From positions 39,620,001 to 39,684,000 of the forward strand of contig OZ076409.1 of the NCBI GenBank assembly GCA_964187785.1: DNA of 64,000 bases, read 5' to 3'. Below are positions 13,101 to 25,502 of this stretch, one piece after another. This DNA is from Amphiscolops sp. MND2022. Taxonomy: Eukaryota. Below the pieces are notes generated by a model, which made no database searches, was not told the DNA's origin, and saw only the letters and a list, made by a program, of their open reading frames with translations. A program made the position numbers and the translations under genes. The stretch's first letter is position 1. Every line of letters begins with the position of its first letter.

Positions 13101-13371
13101 ACCGTCTACGCCGGTACAATGTAGCACCAGTTACGGCGCACAACCGAAACAACCGGAAGGCGAACAGCAGACGCCAATACGGGCCACTGCGAATACCGAC
13201 GCCACTCCGAAGAAAGGGAAAACAAACCCTAAAAGAGGTAACTTAAAAATAGTAGACAAAAAGGAATTAGAAAACCATAAAACGCAAACAGAGTCACCTG
13301 ACCTTCGTAGATCAAGTAGAATAAAAGGCGCTAAACGAACTGTAAAGTTAGGAGGGGTAGAGTATTTCTAA
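10121..13371 (+). mobile_element. Mag-like Gypsy element: gag knuckles, protease, RT deleted, RNase H end, integrase and long tail
   Basis: CRFCG..HICPA..CNNCKKMGHFAKVC; FIIDTGS; jump at ~10620-10665 to RLTRWLDRL..DYLSRHP; HQGH..C..C; QLDFAGP; RTDNGSCF; VERTIRT. 901-aa ORF at 10666-13371. Confidence 0.92.
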
Positions 13372-13526
13372 TTGGTTAAGTCGTTTAGAGTTCTCCAGCC
13401 CACTACAACGATTCCTGCGACAACCCTTTCCGAAAATCAAAAAGGAAAACCCAACAGCCGATGCCAAAGTCAAGTGGGAACCCACAGAAGCTCAACAATG
13501 GTTTCCCTGATTTACAAAGGGGGGAA

Positions 13527-13866
13527 TGAGAAGTAGACGTCACTAAAAAGATGAACTAATTAGTTCATAGTACCTGCCAATGTCTACGATGAAGAACTTT
13601 ACAGTATGAACATTAGTTGAAGTCGAACTCTATGATACAGATAGTGAATAGTTCATACATTAACGATTGTGTTTGTATTACTTTTAATTCATCTTTCTTA
13701 CCATATCTTCTCCGAGTTAACAGGATAACCAACCGTTCATCCATGTAAAGGTAATTTCTAGTATCGACACTAAACGAGTTAAATTTCTCACGCCAAGGCG
13801 CAGGTAATCTGGAGATTTTGGCTCCTTCCTTGGCTTTTAAAATACATACTGTTACATACTTTTACA
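13527..13866 (+). mobile_element. Probable 3' LTR of the 10121-13371 element
   Basis: PPT aaaggggggaa followed by TG at 13527; the right end is uncertain (ACA at 13856 or 13866). Confidence 0.55.
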
Positions 13867-15587
13867 TATTGACGTACTACCCCCTTTGGTAGTTGTTTTC
13901 GTACAGTTTAAGATATGTATATGGTTTCCACGACACATGTATAATGATATGGTCCTACTTTCCACAGTCGCTTTCGTGGCCATCGAACAGTGAATGCTAT
14001 TTTGGTGGAATCCAAGACAATATGCTCAAAATGGTGGTAACCAGGAAAATACAGTCAGATTTAAATATTGACGTACTACCCCCTTTGGTAGTTGTTTTCT
14101 TACAGTTTAAGATTAGTATGCGGTTTCCACGACACATGTATAACGATATGGTCTTACTTTCCACAATCGTTTTAGGACCATTCAAGAACTAGCTCATTCG
14201 TGAAATGCTTTCGAAAAATGGCAGTTGATAAAAATCTGCCATATTTTGACAAAAAGACAATTATGAACAAATGCCATTTTACATCAAAATGCCTTGCCAA
14301 CTTGTTTTCAATGTTTTGTTTTAATTAGACTAGGACTTCGTTAGCCAAATTTACTGGCTCTAGCTTTACTTTTTTGTCCACGAATATTTGTGCAATATAT
14401 AATTCATCTTCCTCTCTCTGCGCGTTTCTCGGTCTACGGTAACTCAAACAATTTAGAGCTTTGCATCGAAAATGACTGTATATGAATAAAATTAATTGAT
14501 CATCTAAATACAAAAATATATATGAAAAGAACAAATCAACAAGTTTCTTCTGTTGAAGCAGTAGTGAAAGAGTGGCTCGAGAGGGCTTTTAATTTCTTCT
14601 TTGGATTTCTGCTGTACTGGATTTGATTTCAGGGGTACTGGTTGTGTTTAGAGCTGAGCCCTAAAAGGCTTGACGTGAAGATTATTGTTCGGTCTCCAGA
14701 TGTCATCAAAAATGATCTCTTCATCGTACGTGTTTTTTGGGTAACTTCGTACTTTGTTTTCCCGTTGGGGTAGAACACTTGGCAGTAGTAGCAAAACCCA
14801 ACTTTGCGTGGGGCATGCGACTTTCCAGGTAATTTGTTAACTCCGTTTTCGCCATTTTGTGAGATGACTTTATCCATTGAAGCAAGAAGCGAAAATGAGT
14901 ACAGATGTATGAATTGTGGAGAGAGACTGGGTGCAGAAGAGGGTTTGCGGAGAAACCGAGTACAGATGACCTGGTAAGAGAGGCTGATTGATGGCAGAAC
15001 AAGAGACTGAATGATGACACAAAAGAATAGAGACTGGATCGTTTGAGTTTGTTTGGCAAGAATGAAAGAAATGTAATTGAAAGCCAAACTTTTTGGTTAA
15101 CCCTTATTGGTTGAAATACTGCTTTGATGTCAGAATAAAGTTAGATTAAAGTGTTTGGTTCTAATTATTTAATTGTAAATGGCTTTTACCATGCCGTCTT
15201 TTTCAAAGGTAATTGTATTTCGTCATTAATTGCGCAAAATGCCCCCTCCCCAAGCGACCGCAGGGGAAAATAAGACACAAGGTTTAATTCTGACTGTATT
15301 GTAGTACGTCAAAATTTAAAATCCATTATGCCGTCCTATGGTCAAGGAAAAATTTCTCAATGTTTGAATGGCGTTTTCGAATAACATGGCGTTTAATATT
15401 ATCTAGCTTGTCATCAAAATCTGGCAGATTTTGATAAACTGCCATTTTCGTAGTATCACATTCAACGAATGAGCTAAAACGACTGTGGAAAGTAAGACCC
15501 TAACTTTATACATGTGTCGTGGAAACCATATACATATCTTAAACTGTACGAAAACAACTACCAAAGGGGGTAGTACGTCAATATGTA
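13866..15587. repeat. Cassette copy 2 (199-bp arms plus ~1-kb core)
   Basis: Near-identical to 7252-8860; a 1-bp change in the T run near 14731 shifts the core ORF frame. Confidence 0.9.
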
Positions 15588-15667
15588 AATTTTGATATAC
15601 CGTATTAGTGTCATGGAAATTTTGCCTAATTTTGAATGCATCTTTAAAATCAGGGGAGATGTTTAAA

Positions 15668-15982
15668 GGCTGATTACGTACCAAATAACAAGTGCAAATA
15701 ACATAAAAACAAAATTAGTGTCAAATAACATAAAACTGAAATTAGTTTCAGATAACATAAAAATAAAACCGAATACCCGGTTAAATATTCGAAATCAGAA
15801 AATTTTATCTGTAATTTCCACACTTTTTTCAGTGAATCTTTTGAATTGCGAATGCTTTTGACAGCTGAAACTTTCTCCTGAACAATTTTATTTTTATGTT
15901 TAGTAAACCATTTCATTTTTATGTTATTTGAAAGGTATTTTGTTTTCATGTTATTTGCTCTTATGTTATTTGGGAATTCACC
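15668..15982 (+). mobile_element. ~315-bp MITE, copy 1 (GG...CC ends, 7-bp TSD gtttaaa)
   Basis: gtttaaa at 15661-15667 and 15983-15989; imperfect inverted ends with caaataacataa subrepeats; homologous to 25190-25502. Confidence 0.8.
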
Positions 15983-17376
15983 GTTTAAATGTTGGTTCAC
16001 CATAGACGCAGAAGAATTCACAAAAGGGAAAGAACAAACGTTATTGACGAAACGAAACGGACTAATCAAAACGTGTGACAGCTACACAGCACAAAGCGTA
16101 AAGTACATGTACACGTATGTGACGAGAGTGTAAACATTTTGACAATATTAATCAGCGTTCAAAGTTTGACCAAAACGGCAAATTGAATTCTTACGCCAAT
16201 CCGATAGAAATGGATAACTTCAATGAAAGTGACCGAGATTTGAGTTCTTCACGAATTAGCAAAGTATACGTCAGAGCTAATTACGACAAGGACAGAACCT
16301 TACAAAAAATTATCGGACTACTGAAGGAACGCAATGCAACACAAATTTCAAGACTACCCCCTCCATGGCGAGAAAAGTTCAATTCGCTCAGTTTAGACAA
16401 TAATGGGTTATTATACATGGAGGAAAGATTGGTCATTCCAAAAGACATGAGAGATAACATGCTCAGTGCCATACATTTCGGACACGCAGGCAGGGACGCT
16501 ATGCTTTGTGAAGCAGCCGATGTTTGGTGGCCGCGTATCCACCGCGAAATTGTCGAAAAAGCGAAAAATTGCCAGCAATGTAGCCAATCAGGTAAAAATT
16601 TAAAATGTTTACAATCTCAAAATGGGTTTTGGAAATTGACAAATCCGGAAGTACCTAATGCAAAAATCTCACTAGATTTCGCAGGGCTAAAAACAAAAAG
16701 AACAACATACTACCCGTAGTCTCCGTCGATAATAATACTGGATGTCCAGATTCCATGTTCCTACCGGATACAACGGCACACAGGGTAGTCGAATTTCTGA
16801 ATGAGTATATTTCAAAAAACAGAATCCGCGTAGAATTCGAATCGATCCTGGCACTGTGCTCAAAAGTCAGAAATGTAACCAATTTTGTAAGGAGTTTTGC
16901 ATTGAACAAGTAGTGTGCCCGAGACCACCGCGTGAACGGAAAAGTCGAAAGGATGATTAGAAATATAAATGAACCATAACTGGTTGAGAATAGACAAAGA
17001 TACAGTTTTAACAAGGGATAATTTAGGACTGTCCAGGATTTTATTTGCACTAAGAAACCAATAAGGCGCAGATGGGAAATCGGCCTTTGAACGGCATTTG
17101 AACAGAAAACCTAATACAATAAAGAGAGTTATGTTGAAAAATTCATTTCAGAAGCCGACCCGAAAATTGAATTGAGCCCAGCGGACTTCAGCGAAGAAGT
17201 GGATTCGACCATTCTGGTCAGAGAGCGAGTGCGCGGGTCAAACTTAGAAGGCGCCTGCAAAAAGAAGAAAGGGAAAATTATTGGCGAGGCGAGCCCTTCC
17301 ATCTCAATTTTGCCCAAGAAGGGAACGACAGTGATCTATTCGAAGAGGGATGTGGCCCTACAGAGATCCAAACTGA

Positions 17377-18296
17377 CCAAATCGCCACAATCGGACAAAG
17401 AGCCAAAACAAGCAAAAGTGCCAAGTCAAAAGAGGGCAACAATTGTACCAGATCCGTCAAGTAGCGAAGAAATGGGAGCACACGAATGCAGTTGGTGGTT
17501 GGATAACAACGAGCAAAGCGGAAAAGCCGAAGAGCAAGCGGAACATGCACATCGAGAGAACACCGCTATACTTGAGTCTGCGCATGAAGAAACAAAGACA
17601 TCCCCACTAAAGGCGAATGTGGAATGGGAGATCAGCCACAAGAACCCGACAACCCAAAAATCTGCACGCAAGACCAAGAAGCCCAAATCGCCACAATCGG
17701 ACACAAAGCCAAAACAAGCAAAAGTGCCAGGTCAAAAGAGGGCAACGATTGTACCAGATCCGTCAAGTAGCGAAGAAATGGGAGCACCCGGATGCAGTTG
17801 GTGGTTGGATAACAACGAGCAAAGCGGAAAAGCCGAAAAGCAAGCGGAACATGCACATCGAGAGAACACCGCTATACTTGAGTCTGCGCATGAAGAAACA
17901 AACACATCCCCACTAAAGGCGAATGTGGAATGGGAGATCAGCCACAAGAACCCGACAACCCAAAAATCTGCACGCAAGACCAAGAAGCCCAAATCGCCAC
18001 AATCGGACACAAAGCCAAAACAAGCAAAAGTGCCAGGTCAAAAGAGGGCAACGATTGTACCAGATCCGTCAAGTAGCGAAGAAATGGGAGCACCCGGATG
18101 CAGTTGGTGGTTGGATAACAACGAGCAAAGCCGAAAAGCCGAAAAGCAAGCGGAACATGCACATCGAGAGAACACCGCTATACTTGAGTCTGCGCATGAA
18201 GAAACAAAGACATCCCCACTAAAGGCGAATGTGGAATGGGAGATCAGCCACAAGAACCCGACAACCCGTAAATCTGCACGCAAAACCAAGAAGCCC
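17377..18296 (+). repeat. In-frame 306-bp (102-aa) tandem triplication in the Gypsy tail ORF
   Basis: KSPQSD.KPKQAKVP...KSARKTKKP occurs three times in ORF 17172-18359; period 306. Confidence 0.95.
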
Positions 18297-18881
18297 GACT
18301 GGTTGGGCCACAATTTCATGAAGACAATTGATCGAGATGATGTTGCCGAAGAAAAATAGACGAAGAAACCTAAAAACCTGAAACAAACACATTGTTAACG
18401 TACATGTAAACTACAGTGTTATTCTACATACATGTGCAATTTTAGTTGAAGTTATCCTTATGTAGATTGTGTATTACTTTATTGGTCCACTGGTAACCAA
18501 TCAAATCATTTTGCAATGAATGGTTTTGATGTAAATCTAAATTGAGTCTTTTTTCAGTATTCATTACGACTGTTTTTATTTCAAATAAGAACTACGCTGT
18601 CAGTGACTTGAAAATTTGACGCATGTTGAAAATAACATGGGAAAATGTCGGACACGACATTCACCTATGAACAAAGTTCACAGAGATTGGTTGACACTTG
18701 ACAAGACCCACGGCAAGAACGTGGCCTCCATCGGGTCTCAAAAAGGCTAATTTCGCAGTCTCACATCTCCAAAACAACTCGAAATGGTTCAATTTGGTAG
18801 AAACAAATGTTTCTTGACTTTTTGCAAAAAAACAATGGTTTTTGTTTGAAATTTCAACCATCATTGTTGAATGGTCAACTG

Positions 18882-20811
18882 TCAATACAGTCAGATTTAA
18901 TTTGTGACGTACTACCACCCCCTTTGGTAGTTGTTTTCGTACAGTTTAAGATATGTATATGGTTTCCACGACACATGTATAATGATATGGTCCTACTTTC
19001 CACAGTCGCTTTCGTGGCCATCGAACAGTGAATGCTATTTTGGTGGAATCCAGGACAATATGCTCAAGTTGGTGGAAACCAGGACAATACAGTCAGATTT
19101 AAATATTGACGTACTACCCCCTTTGGTAGTTGTTTTCTCACAGTTTAAGATTAGTATGCGGTTTCCACGACACATGTATAAAGTTAGGGTCTTACTTTCC
19201 ACAGTCGTTTTAGCTCATTCGTTGAATGTGATACTACGAAAATGGCAGTTTATCAAAATCTGCCAGATTTTGATGACAAGCTAGATAATATTAAACGCCA
19301 TGTTATTCGAAAACGCCATTCAAACATTGAGAAATTTTTCCTTGACCATAGGACGGCATTATAGATTTTAAATTTTGACGTACTACAATACAGTCAGATT
19401 TAAACCTTGTGTCTTATTTTCCCCTGCGGTCGCTTGGGGAGGGGGCATTTTGCGCAATTAATGACGAAATACAATTACCTTTGAAAAAGACGGCATGGTA
19501 AAAGCCATTTACAATTAAATAATCAGAACCAAACACTTTAATCTAACTTTATTCTGACATCAAAGCAGTATTTCAACCAATAAGGGTTAACCAAAAAGTT
19601 TGGCTTTCAATTACATTTCTTTCATTCTTGCCAAACAAACTCAAACGATCCAGTCTCTATTCTTTTTTGTCATCATTCAGTCTCTTGTTCTGCCATCAAT
19701 CAGCCTCTCTTACCAGGTCACCTGTACTTGGTTTCTCCGCAAACCCTCTTCTGCACCCAGTCTCTCTCCACAATTCATACATCTGTACTCATTTTCGCTT
19801 CTTGCTTCAATGGATAAAGTCATCTCACAAAATGGCGAAAACGGAGTTAACAAATTACCTGGAAAGTCGCATGCCCCACGCAAAGTTGGGTTTTGCTACT
19901 ACTGCCAAGTGTTCTACCCCAACGGGAAAACAAAGTACGAAGTTACCCAAAAAAACACGTACGATGAAGAGATCATTTTCGATGACATCTGGAGACCGAA
20001 CAATAATCTTCACGTCAAGCCTTTTAGGGCTCAGCTATAGTATAGAGTCTAAACACAACCAGTACCCCTGAAATCAAATCCAGTACAGCAGAAATCCAAA
20101 GAAGAAATTATAAGCCCTCTCGAGCCACTCTTTCACTACTGCTTCAACAGAAGAAACTTGTTGATTTGTTCTTTTCATATATATTTTTGTATTTAGATGA
20201 TCAATTAATTTTATTCATATACAGTCATTTTCGATGCAAAGCTCTAAATTGTTTGAGTTACCGTAGACCGAGAAACGCGCAGAGAGAGGAAGATGAATTA
20301 TATATTGCACAAATACTCGTGGACAAAAAAGGAGAGCTAGAGCCAGTAAATTTGGCTAACGATGTCCTAGTCTAATTAAAACAAAACATTGAAAACAAGT
20401 TGGCAAGGCAATTTGATGTAAAATGGCATTTGTTCATAATTGTCTTTTTGTCAAAATATGGCAGATTTTCATCAACTGCCATTTTTCGAAAGCATTTCAC
20501 GAATGAGCTAGTTCTTGAATGGTACTAAAACGACTGTGGAAAGTAGCACCATATCGTTATACATGTGTCGTGGAAACCGCATACTAATCTTAAACTGTAA
20601 GAAAACAACTACCAAAGGGGGTAGTACGTCAATATTTAAATCTGACTGTATTGTCCTGGTTTCCACCAATTTGAGCATATTGTCCTGGATTCCACCAAAA
20701 TAGCATTCACTGTTCGATGGCCACGAAAGCGACTGTGGAAAGTAGGACCATATCATTATACATGTGTCGTGGAAACCATATACATATCTTAAACTGTAAG
20801 AAAACAACTAC
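18882..20811. repeat. Cassette copy 3, inverted relative to copies 1 and 2
   Basis: Core ORFs are now on the plus strand (19600-20040, 20166-20375); 12-bp insertion near 20036. Confidence 0.9.
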
Positions 20812-21110
20812 CTGAATGTCGATGCTGAATGCGTTAAATTTTTCCCTCCAGGGAGGGGGAAGACGGGAAACTACAGTCGCGTTTCGCTCTTTAACAAGCT
20901 TTATTACCTTTTGGATAGTTTTATCCGCTTCGTAATTGGCCTGGACATAGAACCGGCTAATTCTAGAATTTGCCAAATCGTTTCGACACGCCATTAGTTT
21001 GCTTTCTGGTAATTTGGCAACTTGTTCACTTTGACTCAAATTGTGCACAGGCTCGTGAACGGTTAATACTTTCGTATTCAATCTTTTCTCGCTTTCTTGC
21101 ATTCTGATTA
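20812..21110 (-). mobile_element. Gypsy pol linker fragment
   Basis: SRISRFYVQANYEADKTIQKVIKLVKERNATVVSRLPPPWREKFN. Confidence 0.85.
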
Positions 21111-21403
21111 GCTTAGCCCTATTTAACGATCACTTGGAAGAATCAGTATTTTCATTTAAGTGCAAATAACATTGGGACCAAAATTATTCATGATTAATTT
21201 CACCTTTGAAATACTTTTCGTTGCTATGAGAAGTCAGAGGGACGGAATATGTCCATGATATCTTTCGTCCGACAAAAAGCCTGTGTTATAGCTGGCAATG
21301 TTCAGATGAAAACAATGTAGTGCAAGCAATACTGTATTCTAGATTAGACCATGTGGTTAATGGTCTTCGAGATTATTCTTTTGATACAGTTTGTATTTAT
21401 TAA

Positions 21404-22195
21404 TAGAGTTGTAACCGGATTGTATTTTACCGGATTCCGGATACCTGATAATCCGGGCATTTTTCTACCGGATATTAACCGGATACCGGATAACAGGATA
21501 AATTAAATGCAACTTCATTTATTTGTATTATTTGTATTTACGACTGATTTTTTTCAGAAGTAAGATATGGATAAACGCAAGGGAAACATCTGGAATTTTT
21601 TTCGGCGGAGCCCGACCACAAGGCGAAGTGCTTGCAGCCTGGATGTGGACAGAACGTTAAGTCTCTATTCAGCTGACTCCAACATTCCAAAATTAACAAG
21701 TAATCAATGGGTACTTCTTGAGAAACTTATCAAAGTTCTTAAACCCTGTGAACAATTTACGAAGGATGTGTCTGGTGATTGTGCATCCATTTCTTTAGTG
21801 ATCCCGGGCTATAACCTGTTAAGAAACAAGAAAGCCGATTCCCTCTGCTGAAAGCTACTGCAAAAAAATATCTATCAGCGCCACCTGGATCGGTCAGAAG
21901 TGAACGGGTATTCTCCACATGCAGCAACGTTCTATCGCAGAGAAGAAATCGTCTGAAGCCAGAAATGTCTGAGAAATTGGTTTTTTTACATGATAATTTG
22001 GGTTTTGTAAAAAACATAAAATAATTGATTGTATACTTTTGTTCTTTAAAAGACAAATTTATCAATAAAAAATGTTTTTTTTTACTATCCGGTATCCGGC
22101 TATTTTTTTCTTACCGGATACCGGATAACCGGATACCGGATATTCTAAAATTACCCGGATATTCAAACCGGATACCGGATTCCGGTACAACCTTA
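21404..22195 (+). mobile_element. Non-autonomous hAT deletion derivative inserted in the 3' LTR, 8-bp TSD tttattaa
   Basis: TSD at 21396-21403 and 22196-22203; TIRs tagagttgtaaccgga / tccggtacaacctta; ccggata subrepeats; hAT C-terminus AKKYLSAPPGSVRSERVFS..RRNRLKPE..EKLVFL. The empty site is visible in the other LTR (~26250). Confidence 0.92.
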
Positions 22196-22954
22196 TTTAT
22201 TAACAACTTGCAAATTGACATTTTAAATTAACTGCCCTCTCACATCCCTCCGTTTAATGTTAGTGTACAACTTGTAATAAATAATATAAATACTGTACAA
22301 ACTCAAATGTAATTTGCCATGTAATACTTGACAATTAAACACAAATAGGTATTTGAGAATACCGGTAATAATATACGTTTCTGCTTTCGCAGTTTTTTTT
22401 TGTTTTTCCAGTTTCTTGATTTCGTTAGCCCTTGTGCTAAAGATTTCTGGTTTATTCTTTTTGTTCATCGCCTTGGGGCCCGTCGATTTTGGTCACCATG
22501 ACGTTATGGCCAAAGAAGTCTGTTTTCTGGCGGTTTCGTCCTCCTCGTCTACGTTCCTGTACTGTGTCTCGCCATGGTGGCATGTTTGATCGGTCTATTT
22601 CGTTTTTTGTATCGTTCAGGTTGTTTTCTCCTGTATTCTCTTGTTTGATGTGATCTTGTTCTTCTTGTCTCATCTCCTCTTCTTCTTCATCAGATTCAAT
22701 TAAATCGATTACTGGGGGGCTCTCGTTTTCTGGGATCTTTGGGAGTGGTTTGCTTTTCGGTTTCCTTTGTTTTCGCCTGGCTTTTTCCCTCAGCTGTTTT
22801 AAAGCTGACTTCTTTTTCTTTATCTCCACTTTTGTGGTGGTTAGGGGTCTGTTATCTTCGGCGTGTTTTATTGCTATTTCGTCTCCACTCTTCTCCGCTT
22901 GAGCCGCGGTATTGTCCAATGAGCGTGAAGACTCGCTGTGATTGGTTAGTTCTA

Positions 22955-23052
22955 GAGTTGCCTGTTCGCCGGTGTTTGCCAATTCTTCTTGACTTGCCTG
23001 TTTGCCGGTGTTTGCAAATTCTTCTTGACTTGCCAGTTCGCCAGTGTTTGCC
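22955..23052. repeat. 36-bp coding tandem repeat, about 3 copies
   Basis: ttgcctgttcgccggtgtttgccaattcttcttgac variants encoding ANTGxxASQEE. Confidence 0.8.
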
Positions 23053-23059
23053 GCGTCTA

Positions 23060-23642
23060 CAGTAGCGTTCTAAAATATTGTAACTCCAATGCTTAGAATT
23101 GCGAATTTCAAATCCAAATTTCTTGAAAACTGTCACAAACACAAAAAAGTGTCAGCTAGGAAAGTTTCTTAGAATTTTATCTAGTTTACAAAAATGTTTG
23201 TTTGAAATTTTTGTGACAAAAAATACAAAAGTTAGAAATTGCAAATTTTGACAAAGTTTGATCGAATTTGCACTTTTTCTTGATTTTCACAAAGTTGAAA
23301 AAAGATTTTTGAAAAACTTCCAGTCAATGATTTGCCCCCAATGCTCCTGAGGTTGCTGATATGATTTGATTGAAAAACTTTTTCGATTTCAAATGAAAAC
23401 CATCAATTTTCTAAATGCAATTCTTATAGCCTATTGTAATACATAAACTTCAGTGCTCATAGACACAAAATATAGTGTAGTTTTTCTGATTCGGAAAAAA
23501 ATTGTCGATCAAAACAATTCAGCAGGTTCGGGAGATTATAGAATGTCTCCCAATGAAAAAAAATCCAAAAATATTTATTCTAAGTTACTCAATTTTCGAA
23601 AAAAACTCAAATTTCAATAAAAGTTCACTAAAATTGTGTTAG
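23060..23642. mobile_element. 583-bp AT-rich insertion flanked by TA
   Basis: Removing it plus one TA restores QQV-DAANTG in frame between ORFs 23628-24941 and 22452-22982. The left end CAGTAGCGTTCTAAAATATT is Tc1-like; the right end does not match it. Confidence 0.65.
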
Positions 23643-25189
23643 TACTTGTTGTGCTAGTTGTTCTCGTAGTTGATTTAGATGCCTGTCTGCTTCTCGTGAG
23701 CTGCATGGCTGTTCGTTACCTGGCCCCCATTGTCTGTCTGCCTTAGCGATATCTCTTTTAGATATAATTGTTTCTTGGGATTTTCCTGCTGGCAAGAACG
23801 TGATGGTATGTTGTGATTGGTCGAGAAGTGTTCCTTTTCGCTTCTTGTACGCGCTTTCTAGTTTGGTCCCTCGGACCCGCTCCCTGACGAAAATGGTAGA
23901 GTCTTGCCCAGACTCGAAATCAGATGGCGACAGTTTGACTTCTGATGATTCTGAAATAGGAGATTCACGACTTGTTACCAGTTTTTTGACAGTGTTCGGA
24001 TCTATTCCGACGTATTTTTTGTACGGCGACTTGCCATTTCTCGTTGAATACATGCGCAGAGCAAATAGGATTTCGGATAGACCTGAATGGTCCCTTTCCA
24101 GTATGATTTGTTTGTTCGTGCGTAGTCTTTCGTTTATAATGAAGCAGTTTGCGCAAAATGTTTTGAATCGTTTACTGCAAAAAATAGTCGCCGGGTCGGT
24201 CCTAATGCTTTTTGGAATGCCATGTCTCGCTATGTACTTCTTAAGGAACTCAATAACTTTTTCTGTCGTAGGCTTTCTTAAAAATTTAGCCTCTGGCCAC
24301 CCCGACAAGTGATCCACTGAAACTAACAGATATTGTTTTGCTGCGGGTGCGTTTTTAAAAGGACCGGCAAAATCTATTGCGATTTCTTGATTTATCTCAC
24401 TTACCTTTGGTAGTTTTCCGAATTGTTTTTGCGTTAGTAATGGTTTAATGTTCTTACCTGCATTTTGGCATTGTGGACATGATTTTGCTAGATTGACGAC
24501 CTCCCGGTGTAGTCGTGGCCACCACACGTTTGAAACGGTCGCTAACATCGTGTCCCTGCCGGGATGTCCGTAATGTAAAGAACGAATGATAATTTGGCGT
24601 AACGCTTTGGGAATAACTAAACGCTCGTCCATGTATATAAAATCGTTTGGATCGAGGCTCAAACAGCGAAACTTTTCCCTCCAAGGGGTGGGAAGGCGAT
24701 TTATTTTGGTGCTATCGGGCTTCTTGAGGAGAGCCACGATTTTTTGAATGAATTCATCGGTCTCGTATTCTGCGGCGAATGTAAAATTGCCCAACGTTTT
24801 TAGGACTTCGATCTGATTGACACTATAGCACATAGGTACTTTTAGTGGCGGTTGGTTTGCTGCGTGGCGGAATTCCTCGCTCATCATTTCGCTCGATTGT
24901 TCGGCTTCGCTGACTTTTGACGTGTTAAATGATTGTGGCAATTTCGTTGAGTGTTTGTTTATTTATGGCAATTCGTGTTTGTTCGTTTGGCAATTGTCGC
25001 TTGCTTTTGTCGTTTCGCTCTCACTTGATGAATTGTTGCTGCCTTGCCATTGGCTGTCGTTCGCTGCGTGCGGTGCTACTGGCTGTTCTCTCGCGTTTTG
25101 TGTTTGTGACGTATCTGTAACAAATTTATTTTTGGTTATTTCGTTTACAGTAAACCAATTATTCCACCTTTCTTCTGCTTTAATTTTGT

Positions 25190-25502
25190 GGATTACGTAC
25201 CAAATAGCATAAGTGCAAATAACATAAAAACAAAATTAGTGTCAAATAACATAAAAAAGAAATTAGTTTCAAATAACATAAAAATAAAACCGAATACCCG
25301 GTTAAACAATCGAACTCAGAAAATTTTATCTGTAATTTCCACACTTTTTTCAGTGAATCTTTTGATTTGTGAATGCTTTTGACCACTAAAACTTTCTCGT
25401 AAACATATTTGTTTTTATGTTTAGTGAAACCCATTTCATTTTTGTTATTTGAAACTAATTTTGTTTTATGTTATTAGCTCTTATGCTATTTGGGAATTCA
25501 CC
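25190..25502 (+). mobile_element. ~313-bp MITE, copy 2 (GG...CC ends, TSD attttgt)
   Basis: attttgt at 25183-25189 and 25503-25509; homologous to 15668-15982. Confidence 0.8.

Larger units (their letters stand above)
15590..18359 (+). mobile_element. Degenerate Mag-like Gypsy pol 3' half (linker, integrase, tail)
   Basis: GEMFK/CWFT, KVYVRANYDKD, IHFGHAG..WWPRIHREIV..CQQC, ISLDFAG, NGKVERMIR, DFSEEVDSTILVRERVRGSNLEG; frameshifts present. Confidence 0.9.

Noticed and set aside
2533..20807. Recurrent short ORFs (MFSYSLRYV..., MATKATVES..., MNSECYFGG...)
   Set aside because: Incidental frames in the 199-bp repeat on both strands; no recognisable domain.
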